Positions 9,749-19,624 of a stretch of DNA of 64,000 bases are shown piece after piece; the first letter of the stretch is position 1, and each line of letters begins with the position of its first letter. The notes beneath the pieces are model-generated. The model made no database searches and was not told where the DNA came from. It saw nothing but the letters and a program-made list of their open reading frames with translations. The position numbers and the translations under genes were made by a program. The stretch comes from an uncultured delta proteobacterium (GTDB lineage Bacteria; Desulfobacterota; Binatia; UBA9968), in NCBI GenBank assembly GCA_963745835.1, contig CAVUZH010000013.1, positions 96,001-160,000 on the forward strand, written 5' to 3'.

Positions 9749-11290
9749 CTATAACCGGCGCCAACCCCGCGAGCTAAATGCGGGCTGTAGACGCAGCGCA
9801 TTGCGTTTGCCGCGCTCGCGCCATTTTGACGGTTCGGCAGCGCCTTTGGCTAGCAGCCCCAGCGTGCTTTCCTGTTCACGATGCTTGGCGGCGATGGCCG
9901 CCGACGCCAACGCAATTTCCTTATGCGGAAAGACCTCCTCCTTGCTGGTAGAATGATACTCCTGGTCGATAAATCCGGTATGGACTTTGCCCGACATGAA
10001 ATGAGGGTGACGCAGAATCCATTGATGGAACGATATGTTCGTCTTGATGCCGCGAATTTGATACTCCCGCAGCGCTCGACGCATGCGCAGAATTGCCTCG
10101 ACCCGGTTTTCACCCCAAGTAATCAGCTTTGCGATCATTGGATCATAATAGATAGGCACCTCGGCGCCTTCGTAAACGCCGCAGTCGTTCCTTAGGCCGA
10201 GTCCCTCGGGTAAGCGCAAACCTTCGATTTTTCCCGGGCAGGGCATAAAATCGTTTTCAGCGTCCTCCGCATAGATCCGGCATTCGATAGCATGACCCGT
10301 TTGGGTGATGTGACGCTGTCGCCAGGGAAGGTATCCGCCCGCCGCTATCTCGATCTGCGCCTTCACCAGATCGATGCCAACCACTCGTTCCGTCACCGCG
10401 TGCTCCACCTGTAACCGCGTGTTCATCTCAAGAAAATAGAAATTCTGCTCCTGATCCAGCAGGAACTCGAGGGTGCCGGCGCCAACGTATCGAACCGCCC
10501 GCGCGCCTTGGATGGCAATACGGCCGATGCGCCGCCTGGTGCGATCGTCCAGTCCCGGAGCGGGCGATTCTTCAATTACCTTTTGGTGGCGCCGCTGAAT
10601 AGAGCACTCGCGATCGAAGAGGTGCAGGACACGGCCGTAGTTATCGCCGAGGATTTGAATCTCGATGTGCCGCGGTTTCTCGATGTACTTCTCGACATAC
10701 AACCGCGGATCGCCGAAAGATGATGCCGCCTCCGATCCTACCGCACGATATGCCGATGAGACTTCGCGTCGAGAACGAACCAGACGCAAGCCCTTACCAC
10801 CGCCACCCGCCACCGCCTTCAACATACAGGGATAGCCGATGGCTTCTATGGTACTTAAGACTTGCGCTTCAGACGTCAGTATCCCGTCAGAGCCCGGAAC
10901 GACCGGCACTCCTGCCGCCTTCATGATCCCTCTGGCCTTCACTTTATCGCCCATTTGATCGATAACTTCAGGCGAGGGCCCGATAAAGACAATTCCCTCG
11001 GCCAGGCATCGCTTTGCAAACTGGCTATTTTCAGCCAAGAAGCCGTAGCCCGGATGGACTGCCTCAGCGTGGCTCCGTTTTGCCACCTCGATCATGCGCT
11101 CGATATTCAGATAGCTCTGTACCGAAGGCGCCGGACCAATGGCGTACGCATAGTCGGCATATTTGACGTGCAAGGACTCGCGATCGGCCTCTGAATAAAC
11201 CGCAACGGTTTCGATGTCGAGTTCCCGACAGGCTCGGGCGATACGAACCGCGATTTCACCACGATTGGCTATCAAAATACGTTTAAACAC
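9749..11290 (-). CDS. accC: Biotin carboxylase subunit of an acetyl/propionyl-CoA carboxylase
   Basis: Motifs ANRGEIA, HPGYGFLAEN, GGGGKG, ECSIQRRHQK and EMNTRLQVEH. Confidence 0.95.
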   Translation of the reverse strand: MFKRILIANRGEIAVRIARACRELDIETVAVYSEADRESLHVKYADYAYAIGPAPSVQSYLNIERMIEVAKRSHAEAVHPGYGFLAENSQFAKRCLAEGIVFIGPSPEVIDQMGDKVKARGIMKAAGVPVVPGSDGILTSEAQVLSTIEAIGYPCMLKAVAGGGGKGLRLVRSRREVSSAYRAVGSEAASSFGDPRLYVEKYIEKPRHIEIQILGDNYGRVLHLFDRECSIQRRHQKVIEESPAPGLDDRTRRRIGRIAIQGARAVRYVGAGTLEFLLDQEQNFYFLEMNTRLQVEHAVTERVVGIDLVKAQIEIAAGGYLPWRQRHITQTGHAIECRIYAEDAENDFMPCPGKIEGLRLPEGLGLRNDCGVYEGAEVPIYYDPMIAKLITWGENRVEAILRMRRALREYQIRGIKTNISFHQWILRHPHFMSGKVHTGFIDQEYHSTSKEEVFPHKEIALASAAIAAKHREQESTLGLLAKGAAEPSKWRERGKRNALRLQPAFSSRGWRRL

Positions 11291-11338
11291 GTGTGAATTG
11301 AATTATTCGCGGATACTCAGCCAAGTCAGCGTACCAGT

Positions 11339-12887
11339 TTATAGAGGAATATTTCCATGCTTTTTGGGCGGGTTGTAGTCTTGTTTATTTTTCAACATTT
11401 CAAGCGAGCGAATCAGCGTAGGCCGGGTGTCCTCGGGATAAATGACTGAATCGATGTAGCCGAACTCCGCAGCCTTAAACGGATTGGCGAAGGTGTTACG
11501 GTATTCTTGCGTCATTTGATCGCGCGCTTTGCCTGAGTCCTGCGCCTGTTGAAGCGCTTCACGAAAAACAATGTTGATGGCGCCTTCCGGACCCATGACC
11601 GCGATTTCAGCGGTCGGATAAGCTAAATTGATGTCGCCGCCGAGGTGCTTGCTCGACATGACGATGTAACCGCCGCCGTATGCTTTGCGCGTGACGATGG
11701 TAATCTTGGGGATGGTAGCTTCAGCATAGGCGTAGAGCAGTTTCGCGCCATGGCGGATGATGCCGTCAAATTCTTGCGAAGTGCCCGGCAAAAAGCCCGG
11801 CACGTCAACGAAAGTTATCACGGGGATATTGAAGCAGTCGCAAAATCGGATGAATCGCGCGCCCTTGACCGAAGCGTTGATGTCCAGACATCCGGCCAGT
11901 GCCGCAGGCTGATTGGCGACGATACCAACAGGACGGCCGCCTAGACGAGCAAACCCGATGAGCAGATTCGGCGCGAAATCTCGCTGCACTTCGTAAAAAT
12001 AACTCTCGTCGATTACGGCACCGATCAGATCTTTCATGTCATAAGGACGATTGGGATTGTCCGGAACCAAATCGCGCAGCTTTTTATCTCGCCGCAATGG
12101 ATCATCATTCGTCGGATGAAACGGAGGATCTTCTTGATTATTACTGGGCAGGAACGCGATCAGCTCACGGATCATCAACAAGCATTCTTTCTCTCCGTTC
12201 GCGGTAAAATGAGCCACGCCACTCTTGGCGCCGTGGGTCTCGGCGCCGCCCAATTCATCTTTAGTAACTTCTTCGTGAGTAACCGTTTTTATAACATCAG
12301 GCCCTGTGATGAACATGTAGCTGTTGGTTTTCACCATGTAGACGAAATCGGTAATCGCCGGAGAATAAACCGCTCCTCCGGCGCAAGGCCCCATGATGGC
12401 TGAGATCTGCGGGATCACGCCGGATGCCTTCACGTTGCGCAAAAAAATCTCCCCGTAACCCGCAAGGCTAAGCACGCCTTCCTGGATACGCGCGCCGCCC
12501 GAATCATTGATGCCGATAATCGGCGCGCCGTTTTTGACCGCCAGGTCCATTACCTTGCAGATTTTTTCCGCTACGACACCGCTGAGACTACCGCCGAATA
12601 CAGTGAAATCCTGTGAATAAACATAAACCAGCCGGCCATCGATGGCGCCATAGCCGGTAACGACAGCGTCGCCGAGAAATTTCTGTTCTTGCATTTGGAA
12701 ATCAGTGCAGCCGTGTGTACGCAACCGATCCAGTTCAACGAAGCTACTGGGATCGAGAAGAATGTCCAGCCGTTCACGCGCTAGAAGTTTTCCCTGTTCA
12801 TGCTGGCGACGGGCCCGTTGTTCTCCTCCGCCAGCCTCGGCCTTTTGATTTAACTCACGAAGTCTCTCGAATATTGTTGATGGTCAT
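11339..12887 (-). CDS. pccB: Acyl-CoA (propionyl-CoA-type) carboxylase carboxyltransferase subunit; apparent frameshift near 12875
   Basis: Motifs [30 protein letters not shown] and [10 protein letters not shown]. The frame stays open upstream of 12724 ([27 protein letters not shown]), but the ATG at 12887 is in another frame. Confidence 0.9.
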
Positions 12888-13073
12888 GTAAGAAACGTTC
12901 CTTAGCCGCGCAAAGTCAGCGGGTGGCGGGGTTCACGAGTTGGAGCATAATAGCAAAAGTGCCTAGTGTGTCAACAGAATTTGGCTCTAGAACGCTTGTC
13001 TTCATTGAAGTTACATCGTGAACTTGTTACCGTATGGTTCTTCCGAATAAGAATTCGCCTGACACTGGAGAAA

Positions 13074-14270
13074 ATGCTTCAAGTCAAATTCAACCGGTCC
13101 CACAATCAACTCGCTGCATCCTCGAATACTGCCAATCGATCATTGAAGGCAGATGATGCGTTGCTTCTTGTCGCCGCCAGTGAAGGCGACTCGAACATGC
13201 TCTATGCTGTGGGATTCTTTGTCCCGGATCCATTCATTTTTTTTCAGCACAAAAAAAAGAAGTACGTGGTGATGAGCGATCTCGAGCTTGATCGCGCAAA
13301 GCGACAGGCCACGGTGGACCAGGTGCTTTCGCTCTCTGATTATCAGAGAAAGCTGAGGAAGGCGGGCAGCCCTACGACAATGATCGGCATTCTCGAACTG
13401 CTGTTTCGCGAGCGCGGCATACGATCCCTGATGGTGCCGGCGAACTTTTCAGCGCTTTTGGCCGACCAGTTACGGAGCAAAGGCTTCAATTTGGAAGTTA
13501 TGCTAGATCCCTTTTTTCCTGAGCGTGAAATCAAACGCGCGCAGGAAGTGCGGCACATAACCGAGTCGCTGCGTGTGGCCAAATTGGGCCTCGATGCCGG
13601 CATCAGGATGCTCAAAAGGACCAAAGCCCGACGCGACGGGTACTTATATCTAAACGGCTCGAAGCTCACATCCGAAACACTGAAAACCGCCGTGAATACC
13701 ACGATTATGGCTCAAGGATGGCTGCCCAGCCACACGATCATTTCATCCGGTAATCAGTGTGTCGATCCTCATCATGAAGGAACCGGTCCGATCAAGGCGA
13801 ACACTTCGGTCATCTTCGATATCTTTCCCCGCTCGCAAAAGAACGGTTATTTTGGAGATCTCAGCCGGACGGTGGTGCGTGGACGAGCATCGGATAAGCT
13901 CAAGAAAATTTACGCGACTGTGCAGGCCGGACAAAAGATCGGCTTCGACCTGATTCGCGATGGACTCAATGGTAGAGAGATACATCAAAAGATTCTCGAT
14001 CTTTTTGCCCGTGAAGGTTTTCCCACCGGACAAATCAAAGGTCGCATGCAGGGATTCTTCCATGGCACGGGACACGGACTCGGTCTGGATATCCATGAGG
14101 CGCCTCGAATCGCGCCGGTCGATGCCACGCTCAAGAGCGGGCATGTGGTAACGGTAGAACCCGGACTTTATTACCTCGGTATTGGCGGCGTACGACTGGA
14201 AGATGTAGTGCTGGTCACCGACAAGGGCAATAAGAATCTCACCGACTGTCCTCAGTTTCTGGAAATCTAA
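13074..14270 (+). CDS. Xaa-Pro aminopeptidase (M24 family)
   Basis: Motifs PHH, DIFP, GYFGDLSRT, HGTGHGLGLDIHE, TVEPGLY and GVRLED. GGAG RBS before ATG 13074. Confidence 0.92.
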   Translation: MLQVKFNRSHNQLAASSNTANRSLKADDALLLVAASEGDSNMLYAVGFFVPDPFIFFQHKKKKYVVMSDLELDRAKRQATVDQVLSLSDYQRKLRKAGSPTTMIGILELLFRERGIRSLMVPANFSALLADQLRSKGFNLEVMLDPFFPEREIKRAQEVRHITESLRVAKLGLDAGIRMLKRTKARRDGYLYLNGSKLTSETLKTAVNTTIMAQGWLPSHTIISSGNQCVDPHHEGTGPIKANTSVIFDIFPRSQKNGYFGDLSRTVVRGRASDKLKKIYATVQAGQKIGFDLIRDGLNGREIHQKILDLFAREGFPTGQIKGRMQGFFHGTGHGLGLDIHEAPRIAPVDATLKSGHVVTVEPGLYYLGIGGVRLEDVVLVTDKGNKNLTDCPQFLEI

Positions 14271-14334
14271 ATCGATCTCTTACGCGGCCACCAGATTCTG
14301 CGCGAACTGCCCGATCTATAATCAGGATTGAATA

Positions 14335-15090
14335 ATGGAAGAAGCAAAGCAGATTGCCGAATGGCTTGACGCGCTGGACCGGCCCAACAAGCAGATGCTT
14401 CGCGCCGCGGTGGACGGTTTAATCGCGGCGTTGCCGGACTCACCTGAAACGGGCAAGAATTTAAAGGACCTGCTGCGCGATTCACAGCGAAGAAATCGCT
14501 GGCCTATCGCCTACATCCTCGCCCACTTGCCTCAACCACCTGCCGAATCATTGGAGATCCTGCTCGATGCTCTTGACGATTCTGACCCAGACGTGCGCTG
14601 GGCCGTTATCTTACTCTTGGCACGCTTGACGAAGCCACAAACGTCAGTAATGGAGCTTACAACATCCCTAATGGCCACCGGCACGGCGACGCAACGCCGC
14701 ATGGTCATCTATTATCTAAAAGAGTTGAAGCGTCAGAACGAAGCTGTTCGACAGGCGCTGTTATCCGCGCTCAACGATTCGGATCCCATGGTTAGAGTTG
14801 CGGCAGTGATCAGCTTGAAAGAACAGGATGTGGATTCGGACGGTAAAACAACTTTATTGGACTTGCTGATGCGCGATCCTGATGTTCGGGTACAGCATGC
14901 GGCGGCGATCACGCTCGCAAGCTTAGGGTCACCGTCCGAAGAATTTTTATCGGCTCTCGATCATGCCACGAAAAGTGCACAGGGGCCGTTGAAGAAGGCT
15001 GCCGTCGCCGCGCAGCGTATCCTCCAGGAAAAAAAAGAGGTCCGTCCCATTAGGCGACTGACGTCGCCGGTGGGACGGACCCCGAGTTAA
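14335..15090 (+). CDS. HEAT-repeat protein
   Basis: Repeated LDDSDPDVRWA / LNDSDPMVRVAA / LMRDPDVRVQHAA units. Confidence 0.85.
   Translation: MEEAKQIAEWLDALDRPNKQMLRAAVDGLIAALPDSPETGKNLKDLLRDSQRRNRWPIAYILAHLPQPPAESLEILLDALDDSDPDVRWAVILLLARLTKPQTSVMELTTSLMATGTATQRRMVIYYLKELKRQNEAVRQALLSALNDSDPMVRVAAVISLKEQDVDSDGKTTLLDLLMRDPDVRVQHAAAITLASLGSPSEEFLSALDHATKSAQGPLKKAAVAAQRILQEKKEVRPIRRLTSPVGRTPS
15029..15083 (-). terminator. Intrinsic terminator
   Basis: On the minus strand GGGGTCCGTCCCA pairs with TGGGACGGACCTC, enclosing a GGCGAC/GTCGCC hairpin, followed by T8 (15036-15029). Confidence 0.88.
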
Positions 15091-15156
15091 CTTCGGTAGA
15101 CTGAGGGGGATTGCTAGGCTTCAAGCTAGAATCCCCGTCAAAGATCCACTTGAAGC

Positions 15157-15201
15157 CTAAGTCTCAGTCACCTCGCAGACAAAACAATTATCATCAATCA
15201 T
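15157..15201 (-). CDS. Micro-ORF, 14 aa MIDDNCFVCEVTET
   Basis: ATG preceded by GAAAGGAGGTGGTCCAG-AC, ending in TAG at 15157-15159. Below the ORF-track length cutoff. Confidence 0.6.
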   Translation of the reverse strand: MIDDNCFVCEVTET

Positions 15202-15233
15202 GTCTGGACCACCTCCTTTCCCTGCTGATTTTT

Positions 15234-15262
15234 AGTTTAAGGAGCAAGGTGTCGGCTGTCAA
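15234..15262 (-). promoter_or_regulatory. Sigma70-type promoter
   Basis: TTGACA (15262-15257), 17-bp spacer, TAAACT (15239-15234). Confidence 0.8.
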
Positions 15263-15322
15263 CAGGGAAGTGTCGCACGCGGCCAATTTTCACACGCGGA
15301 TGAATCGCGAGGCGATAAAGAA

Positions 15323-16097
15323 CTATGCCGACTGCCAGCCGATGAAACTGATCTGGCGGCCGGTTTCTTTTTTTTCTCGTCGATATGAAAAAAATTCATC
15401 TTTGGCACAGCTAGTACACGGACCGACTCGAAAGATTTGGCTTTGAGGAATGCCGGCGCGATGCAGAATGGTTTCATTTAGATTACGTAAATGAAGGTAA
15501 CTCTTATTATCTCTGGTCTCAATTGAAGAAGTTGCGAGTTCAGCCCATTGTTCGATCAACGGCTGCGCTACATCACGACCGATCTCATAGCAACACGAGT
15601 CAATTGACGGGCCAAGGGCAACTTCCAGCTCCGAAGGCAACACACCATAATTTTCCAGAAAGAATTTGACTGTCTTTGCCGGCGATTCCTTTCAGGGTTC
15701 CACGCCAGCCGGCGTGAACGACCGCGACGATCTTCTGTTCCCGAGCCAGGAAAAGCATAGGCACGCAATCTGCTGTTAGGACCCCCAGAAAAGTATTCTG
15801 CTCGCGCGTCGCCATCCCGTCGGCCTCGCCGGCTTCTTTGAGGTGTGTGTCTTTGACCTCGATCAGGCAATCGCCATGAACCTGCCTCATAGTAACGATG
15901 CGGCCATCATGGATTCCAACGGCGAGCTTCATATCACAGACGTTCTGGCTGACGATCTTGGCATCGTCACCGACGCGATAGGAAACATTGAGCCCGGCAT
16001 AAGCTCCGACGCTTTTGCCACCCTGCCGCCCCATAAAGCCGTGCAGTAAACCTCTGTCGTTTTCCCACTGCGGGACTTTCAACCAGTTGATTTTCAT
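15323..16097 (-). CDS. pgeF: PgeF/YfiH (purine nucleoside phosphorylase, laccase-domain) protein; frameshift near 15670
   Basis: QVHG, ADG, LTADCVP and HAGWRG lie in ORF 15600-16133. GPSIDSCCYEIG, CTSC and FFSYRR lie in ORF 15323-15643. Confidence 0.9.
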
Positions 16098-16222
16098 ACC
16101 GGGTATTATGTTTGGATCGTCCGCGCGACGCAAGTCGATGAAGAAACCCCGGGCCAGTTATTCACTCTTGCATTGTGGCCCAATTTCGCCGAAATATACC
16201 CCGATAGCTTCGGCAGTGCTAC

Positions 16223-19200
16223 ATGACAAACGGACGATACATCGGCACGCTCAAACAAGCCGGCTTCTTCGCTTTTTTTTGTACCCAATTTCTCGGCGCC
16301 TTCAACGACAACTTTTATAAGATCGTCGTATCTCTGGTGGCGCTCAACGCCGCAAGCCCGCAAAGCGACAGCTTATATGTCGACCTGATCGCCTTCCTCT
16401 TTATCCTGCCTTCCGCGCTCTTCTCCGGCTATGCCGGCCATTTAGCGGATGTCTACAGCAAGCGCTCAATTCTTGTCGCGGTGAAGTGCTTCGAGATCGT
16501 GATCATGGGGATGGGGTTTGCGGCCTTTTTGTCGGGCTATGTCGAGCCTATGCTGGTCATCGTTTTTCTCATGGGCCTTCATTCAGCGTTCTTCAGCCCC
16601 GCGAAATACGCCATTCTGCCCGAGATGCTGCCCGAGACTGAACTCTCGCGCGGCAATGGCTTGTTGGAGATGAGCACCTTTATGGCGATCATCTTGGGAG
16701 TTTCTCTTGGCGGGGCGATTTACTCGATTTGGGAGGACCAGCTTCCCATGGTCGGTCTCATCATGATCGCCATCGCCGTACTCGGAACATTAGCCAGTTT
16801 GAAAATATCTCCGGTGCCCGCGTCGGGCTCGACAAAGAGTTTCAATCTCAATCCGTTCGGTGAAATCTGGCATGGCATAAAGCGGCTTTATCCCGATAGG
16901 CCGCTCCGCCTGACGGTGATTGGAATATCGTATTTTTGGTTCTTGGGAGCTTTGGTCCAGCTCGCTATGTTGTTTTTCGGTAAAGAATTGCTCGAGCTCG
17001 ATGAACTCCACATCAGCCTGTTAGGGACTTTCCTGGCCATTGGCATCGGCATCGGCAGTTTGGCGGCCGGAAAGCTATCCGGCGATAAGATCGAGCTCGG
17101 CCTCGTGCCTCTGGGTTCGATTTCGATGGGATTTTGTTTATTGCTTGTGTCGTATTCCGCATCATCCTATTTTTATACTTCGGCGTCTCTCGTTCTGCTG
17201 GGCTTTTCAGGCGGGCTCTTCGCGGTGCCGCTCAACGCGCTACTGCAACATCGAAGCGGTCGCGAGGAAAAAGGGCAACTGATCGCGACCAACAACTTTT
17301 TCAATACCATTGGCATTATTTTGGCTGCGGCCATTCACTGGGTGTTAAATAGCGGCCTTCAACTCTCGCCCGACTGGATCGTCTTTTTGATTGGAATACT
17401 CACCCTCATGGCCACGGCCATTGTCTTACTGGTTCTGCCCGACTATTTCGTGCGCCTCGTCGCCTGGTTATTGACGCACACGCTTTACCGAATACGGATT
17501 GCGGGCGAAGAAAATGCTCCCCTACGCAGTCCGGCGCTGTTGGTGTCAAATCATGTATCGTTTGCCGATGCCCTCCTGATCGGCGCGTGTCTGCCCGGTT
17601 TCGTTCGCTTCATGCTGCATCGCGATTACTATGAGAACCAATGGCTCAACTGGTTTTTCCGTTTGATGAAGGCGATTCCGATCCGGGCAACCCATCGCCG
17701 CGACGTCGTCAATTCTCTTAAGCAAGCTCGCCAGGAGCTCGAGGCCGGACACGTCGTTTGCATTTTTGCCGAAGGGGCAATCACCCGCACGGGCCACATT
17801 CTTCCATTCAAGCGCGGCTTCGAAAAAATTGTCGAGGGCACGGGCGCGCCGATTATCCCGGTTCACTTGGACCAAGTCTGGGGCAGTGTTTTTAGCTTTC
17901 ATGGCGGGCGATTTTTCTGGAAATGGCCCAAGCTCTTTCCCTATCCGGTCACAGTCTCCTTTGGAAAACCGCTGCCGGCCAATTCGACCGCAAACGAAGT
18001 CCGCCAGAACGTCCTGGAACTCGCCAGCGAAGCGGTGCGGTATCGCCGCCAACCGGCCGATTTGTTGCCCGCCAAATTCGTTCAGATGGCTAAACGTCGA
18101 TGGTTTTCCTTCTGTATGGCAGACACCACCGGCACCGAACTTACTTTCGGCAAGGCGTTGATCGGCAGCATGATGCTGTCCCGCTGGGTGGGCGAGCATT
18201 GCCAGGAAGACAGGATGGTAGGGGTCATGCTCCCGGCTTCGGTCGGTGGCGCGCTGGCGAACATCGCGATCATGTTGGCGGGGAAGGTGCCCGTAAACCT
18301 CAATTTCACTGCCGGGCAAGATGCAATGTTATCAGCCATCAAGCAATGCGGCATCAAAACAATTCTGACTTCGCGGCTATTTCTGACCAAGGCAAGCCTG
18401 GACGAGATGCCCGGAATGGTTTTTCTCGAGGAAGTTAGAAAGACATTCACTGCCGCGCTAAAAATAGTAACCGCCGCCAAAGCAGCGTTGTTGCCGGCGG
18501 GTTACTTGAACCGAAACGTGACGAATAATGCGGCGCCTGAAGATCTCGCTACAGTGATTTTTTCTAGTGGCAGCACCGGCGCCCCTAAGGGAGTGATGCT
18601 CTCCCATTCTAATATCCTCTCCAACGTTGAAGGTATCTGCCAGGTAATTCAGTTCACGAACAAAGACCGCATCATGGGGATATTGCCTTTGTTTCACTCA
18701 TTTGGTTTCACTGCGACAATTTGGCTGCCGCTCCTGGCAGGCTTTGGCGTGGTTTACCATCCAAACCCGATGGACGCCAAAACCATAGGAGAAACCGTGC
18801 AGAAGCATCAGGCTACCTTGCTGATCAGCACGCCAACTTTTTACGCGGGTTACCTGAAGCGCTGTAGTCCTGAGGAATTTTCCAGCCTGCGCTATGCTAT
18901 CGCCGGCGCAGAGAAGTTACGCGAACAGATCACCCGAGGTTACAAAGAAAAATATGGAATTGATCTGCTCGAAGGCTACGGCTGCACAGAACTCGCGCCG
19001 GTGGTCTCGGTTAATATTCCGGACGTAATCGACGGCGACGAAAAACAGATCGGTCACAAGCCGGGTAGCGTCGGACATCCCATTCCGGGGATTGCGGTTA
19101 AGGTCATCGATCCTGACACGGAGCTGCCCTTAGCCTGCGGGCAAGAAGGTTTGCTTCTCGTTAAAGGCCCCAATTGCATGCTCGGCTATCTCCACCAGCC

Positions 19201-19624
19201 TGAGCTCACGGCGCAAGTCTTCAGGGATGAATGGTACGTAACCGGTGATATAGCGACAATCGACGAGGATGGGTTCATACGAATCACGGATCGAATGACT
19301 CGGTTCAGCAAAATCGGCGGTGAAATGGTTCCGCATATGAGGATCGAAGAAATAATAAATCAGATTCTTGGTAGTGCCGCAGCTGTCGTCACAGCCCTAC
19401 CGGATGAGCAACGTGGTGAGAAGCTGATCGCCTTTTACACGCATAACGGCATTAGCAGAGACGAACTCTGGAATAGGCTTAACCAATCAGCACTACCGAA
19501 ACTTTGGATACCGAAAAGAGAGAATCTCTTCACTCTCGAATCCATGCCACTGCTCGGATCGGGGAAAATCGATTTGAGACAAATCAAATTGCTAGCTCAG
19601 CAACAAGCTGAGAAAGCCGAGTAA
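16223..19624 (+). CDS. aas: LplT-like MFS / acyltransferase / acyl-ACP synthetase fusion (Aas type)
   Basis: TQFLGAFNDN MFS N-terminus, NHVSFAD and FAEG acyltransferase motifs, and FSSGSTGAPKG / EGYGCTE AMP-binding motifs. Confidence 0.9.
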   Translation: MTNGRYIGTLKQAGFFAFFCTQFLGAFNDNFYKIVVSLVALNAASPQSDSLYVDLIAFLFILPSALFSGYAGHLADVYSKRSILVAVKCFEIVIMGMGFAAFLSGYVEPMLVIVFLMGLHSAFFSPAKYAILPEMLPETELSRGNGLLEMSTFMAIILGVSLGGAIYSIWEDQLPMVGLIMIAIAVLGTLASLKISPVPASGSTKSFNLNPFGEIWHGIKRLYPDRPLRLTVIGISYFWFLGALVQLAMLFFGKELLELDELHISLLGTFLAIGIGIGSLAAGKLSGDKIELGLVPLGSISMGFCLLLVSYSASSYFYTSASLVLLGFSGGLFAVPLNALLQHRSGREEKGQLIATNNFFNTIGIILAAAIHWVLNSGLQLSPDWIVFLIGILTLMATAIVLLVLPDYFVRLVAWLLTHTLYRIRIAGEENAPLRSPALLVSNHVSFADALLIGACLPGFVRFMLHRDYYENQWLNWFFRLMKAIPIRATHRRDVVNSLKQARQELEAGHVVCIFAEGAITRTGHILPFKRGFEKIVEGTGAPIIPVHLDQVWGSVFSFHGGRFFWKWPKLFPYPVTVSFGKPLPANSTANEVRQNVLELASEAVRYRRQPADLLPAKFVQMAKRRWFSFCMADTTGTELTFGKALIGSMMLSRWVGEHCQEDRMVGVMLPASVGGALANIAIMLAGKVPVNLNFTAGQDAMLSAIKQCGIKTILTSRLFLTKASLDEMPGMVFLEEVRKTFTAALKIVTAAKAALLPAGYLNRNVTNNAAPEDLATVIFSSGSTGAPKGVMLSHSNILSNVEGICQVIQFTNKDRIMGILPLFHSFGFTATIWLPLLAGFGVVYHPNPMDAKTIGETVQKHQATLLISTPTFYAGYLKRCSPEEFSSLRYAIAGAEKLREQITRGYKEKYGIDLLEGYGCTELAPVVSVNIPDVIDGDEKQIGHKPGSVGHPIPGIAVKVIDPDTELPLACGQEGLLLVKGPNCMLGYLHQPELTAQVFRDEWYVTGDIATIDEDGFIRITDRMTRFSKIGGEMVPHMRIEEIINQILGSAAAVVTALPDEQRGEKLIAFYTHNGISRDELWNRLNQSALPKLWIPKRENLFTLESMPLLGSGKIDLRQIKLLAQQQAEKAE

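Larger units (their letters stand above)
15029..15226 (-). ncRNA. Candidate structured small RNA / micro-mRNA (about 200 nt), family unrecognised
   Basis: Bounded by its own sigma70 promoter and a terminator. Contains several helices, an extended 16S-complementary tract and a micro-ORF. The 5' end is inferred from the -10 position. Confidence 0.65.

Noticed and set aside
15204-15220. Plus-strand CTGGACCACCTCCTTTC as a 16S rRNA gene fragment
   Set aside because: No helix 44/45 sequence precedes it. The promoter, ATG and terminator all point to the minus strand.
15029-15226. 6S RNA, tmRNA or leader-peptide attenuator
   Set aside because: No single long rod with a central bubble, no tRNA-like ends, too short for tmRNA, and no co-oriented gene downstream of the terminator.
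17546-18319. Long antisense ORFs (also 27197-27811, 61505-62179 and others)
   Set aside because: They are shadows of well-supported genes on the opposite strand, with no motifs or RBS.
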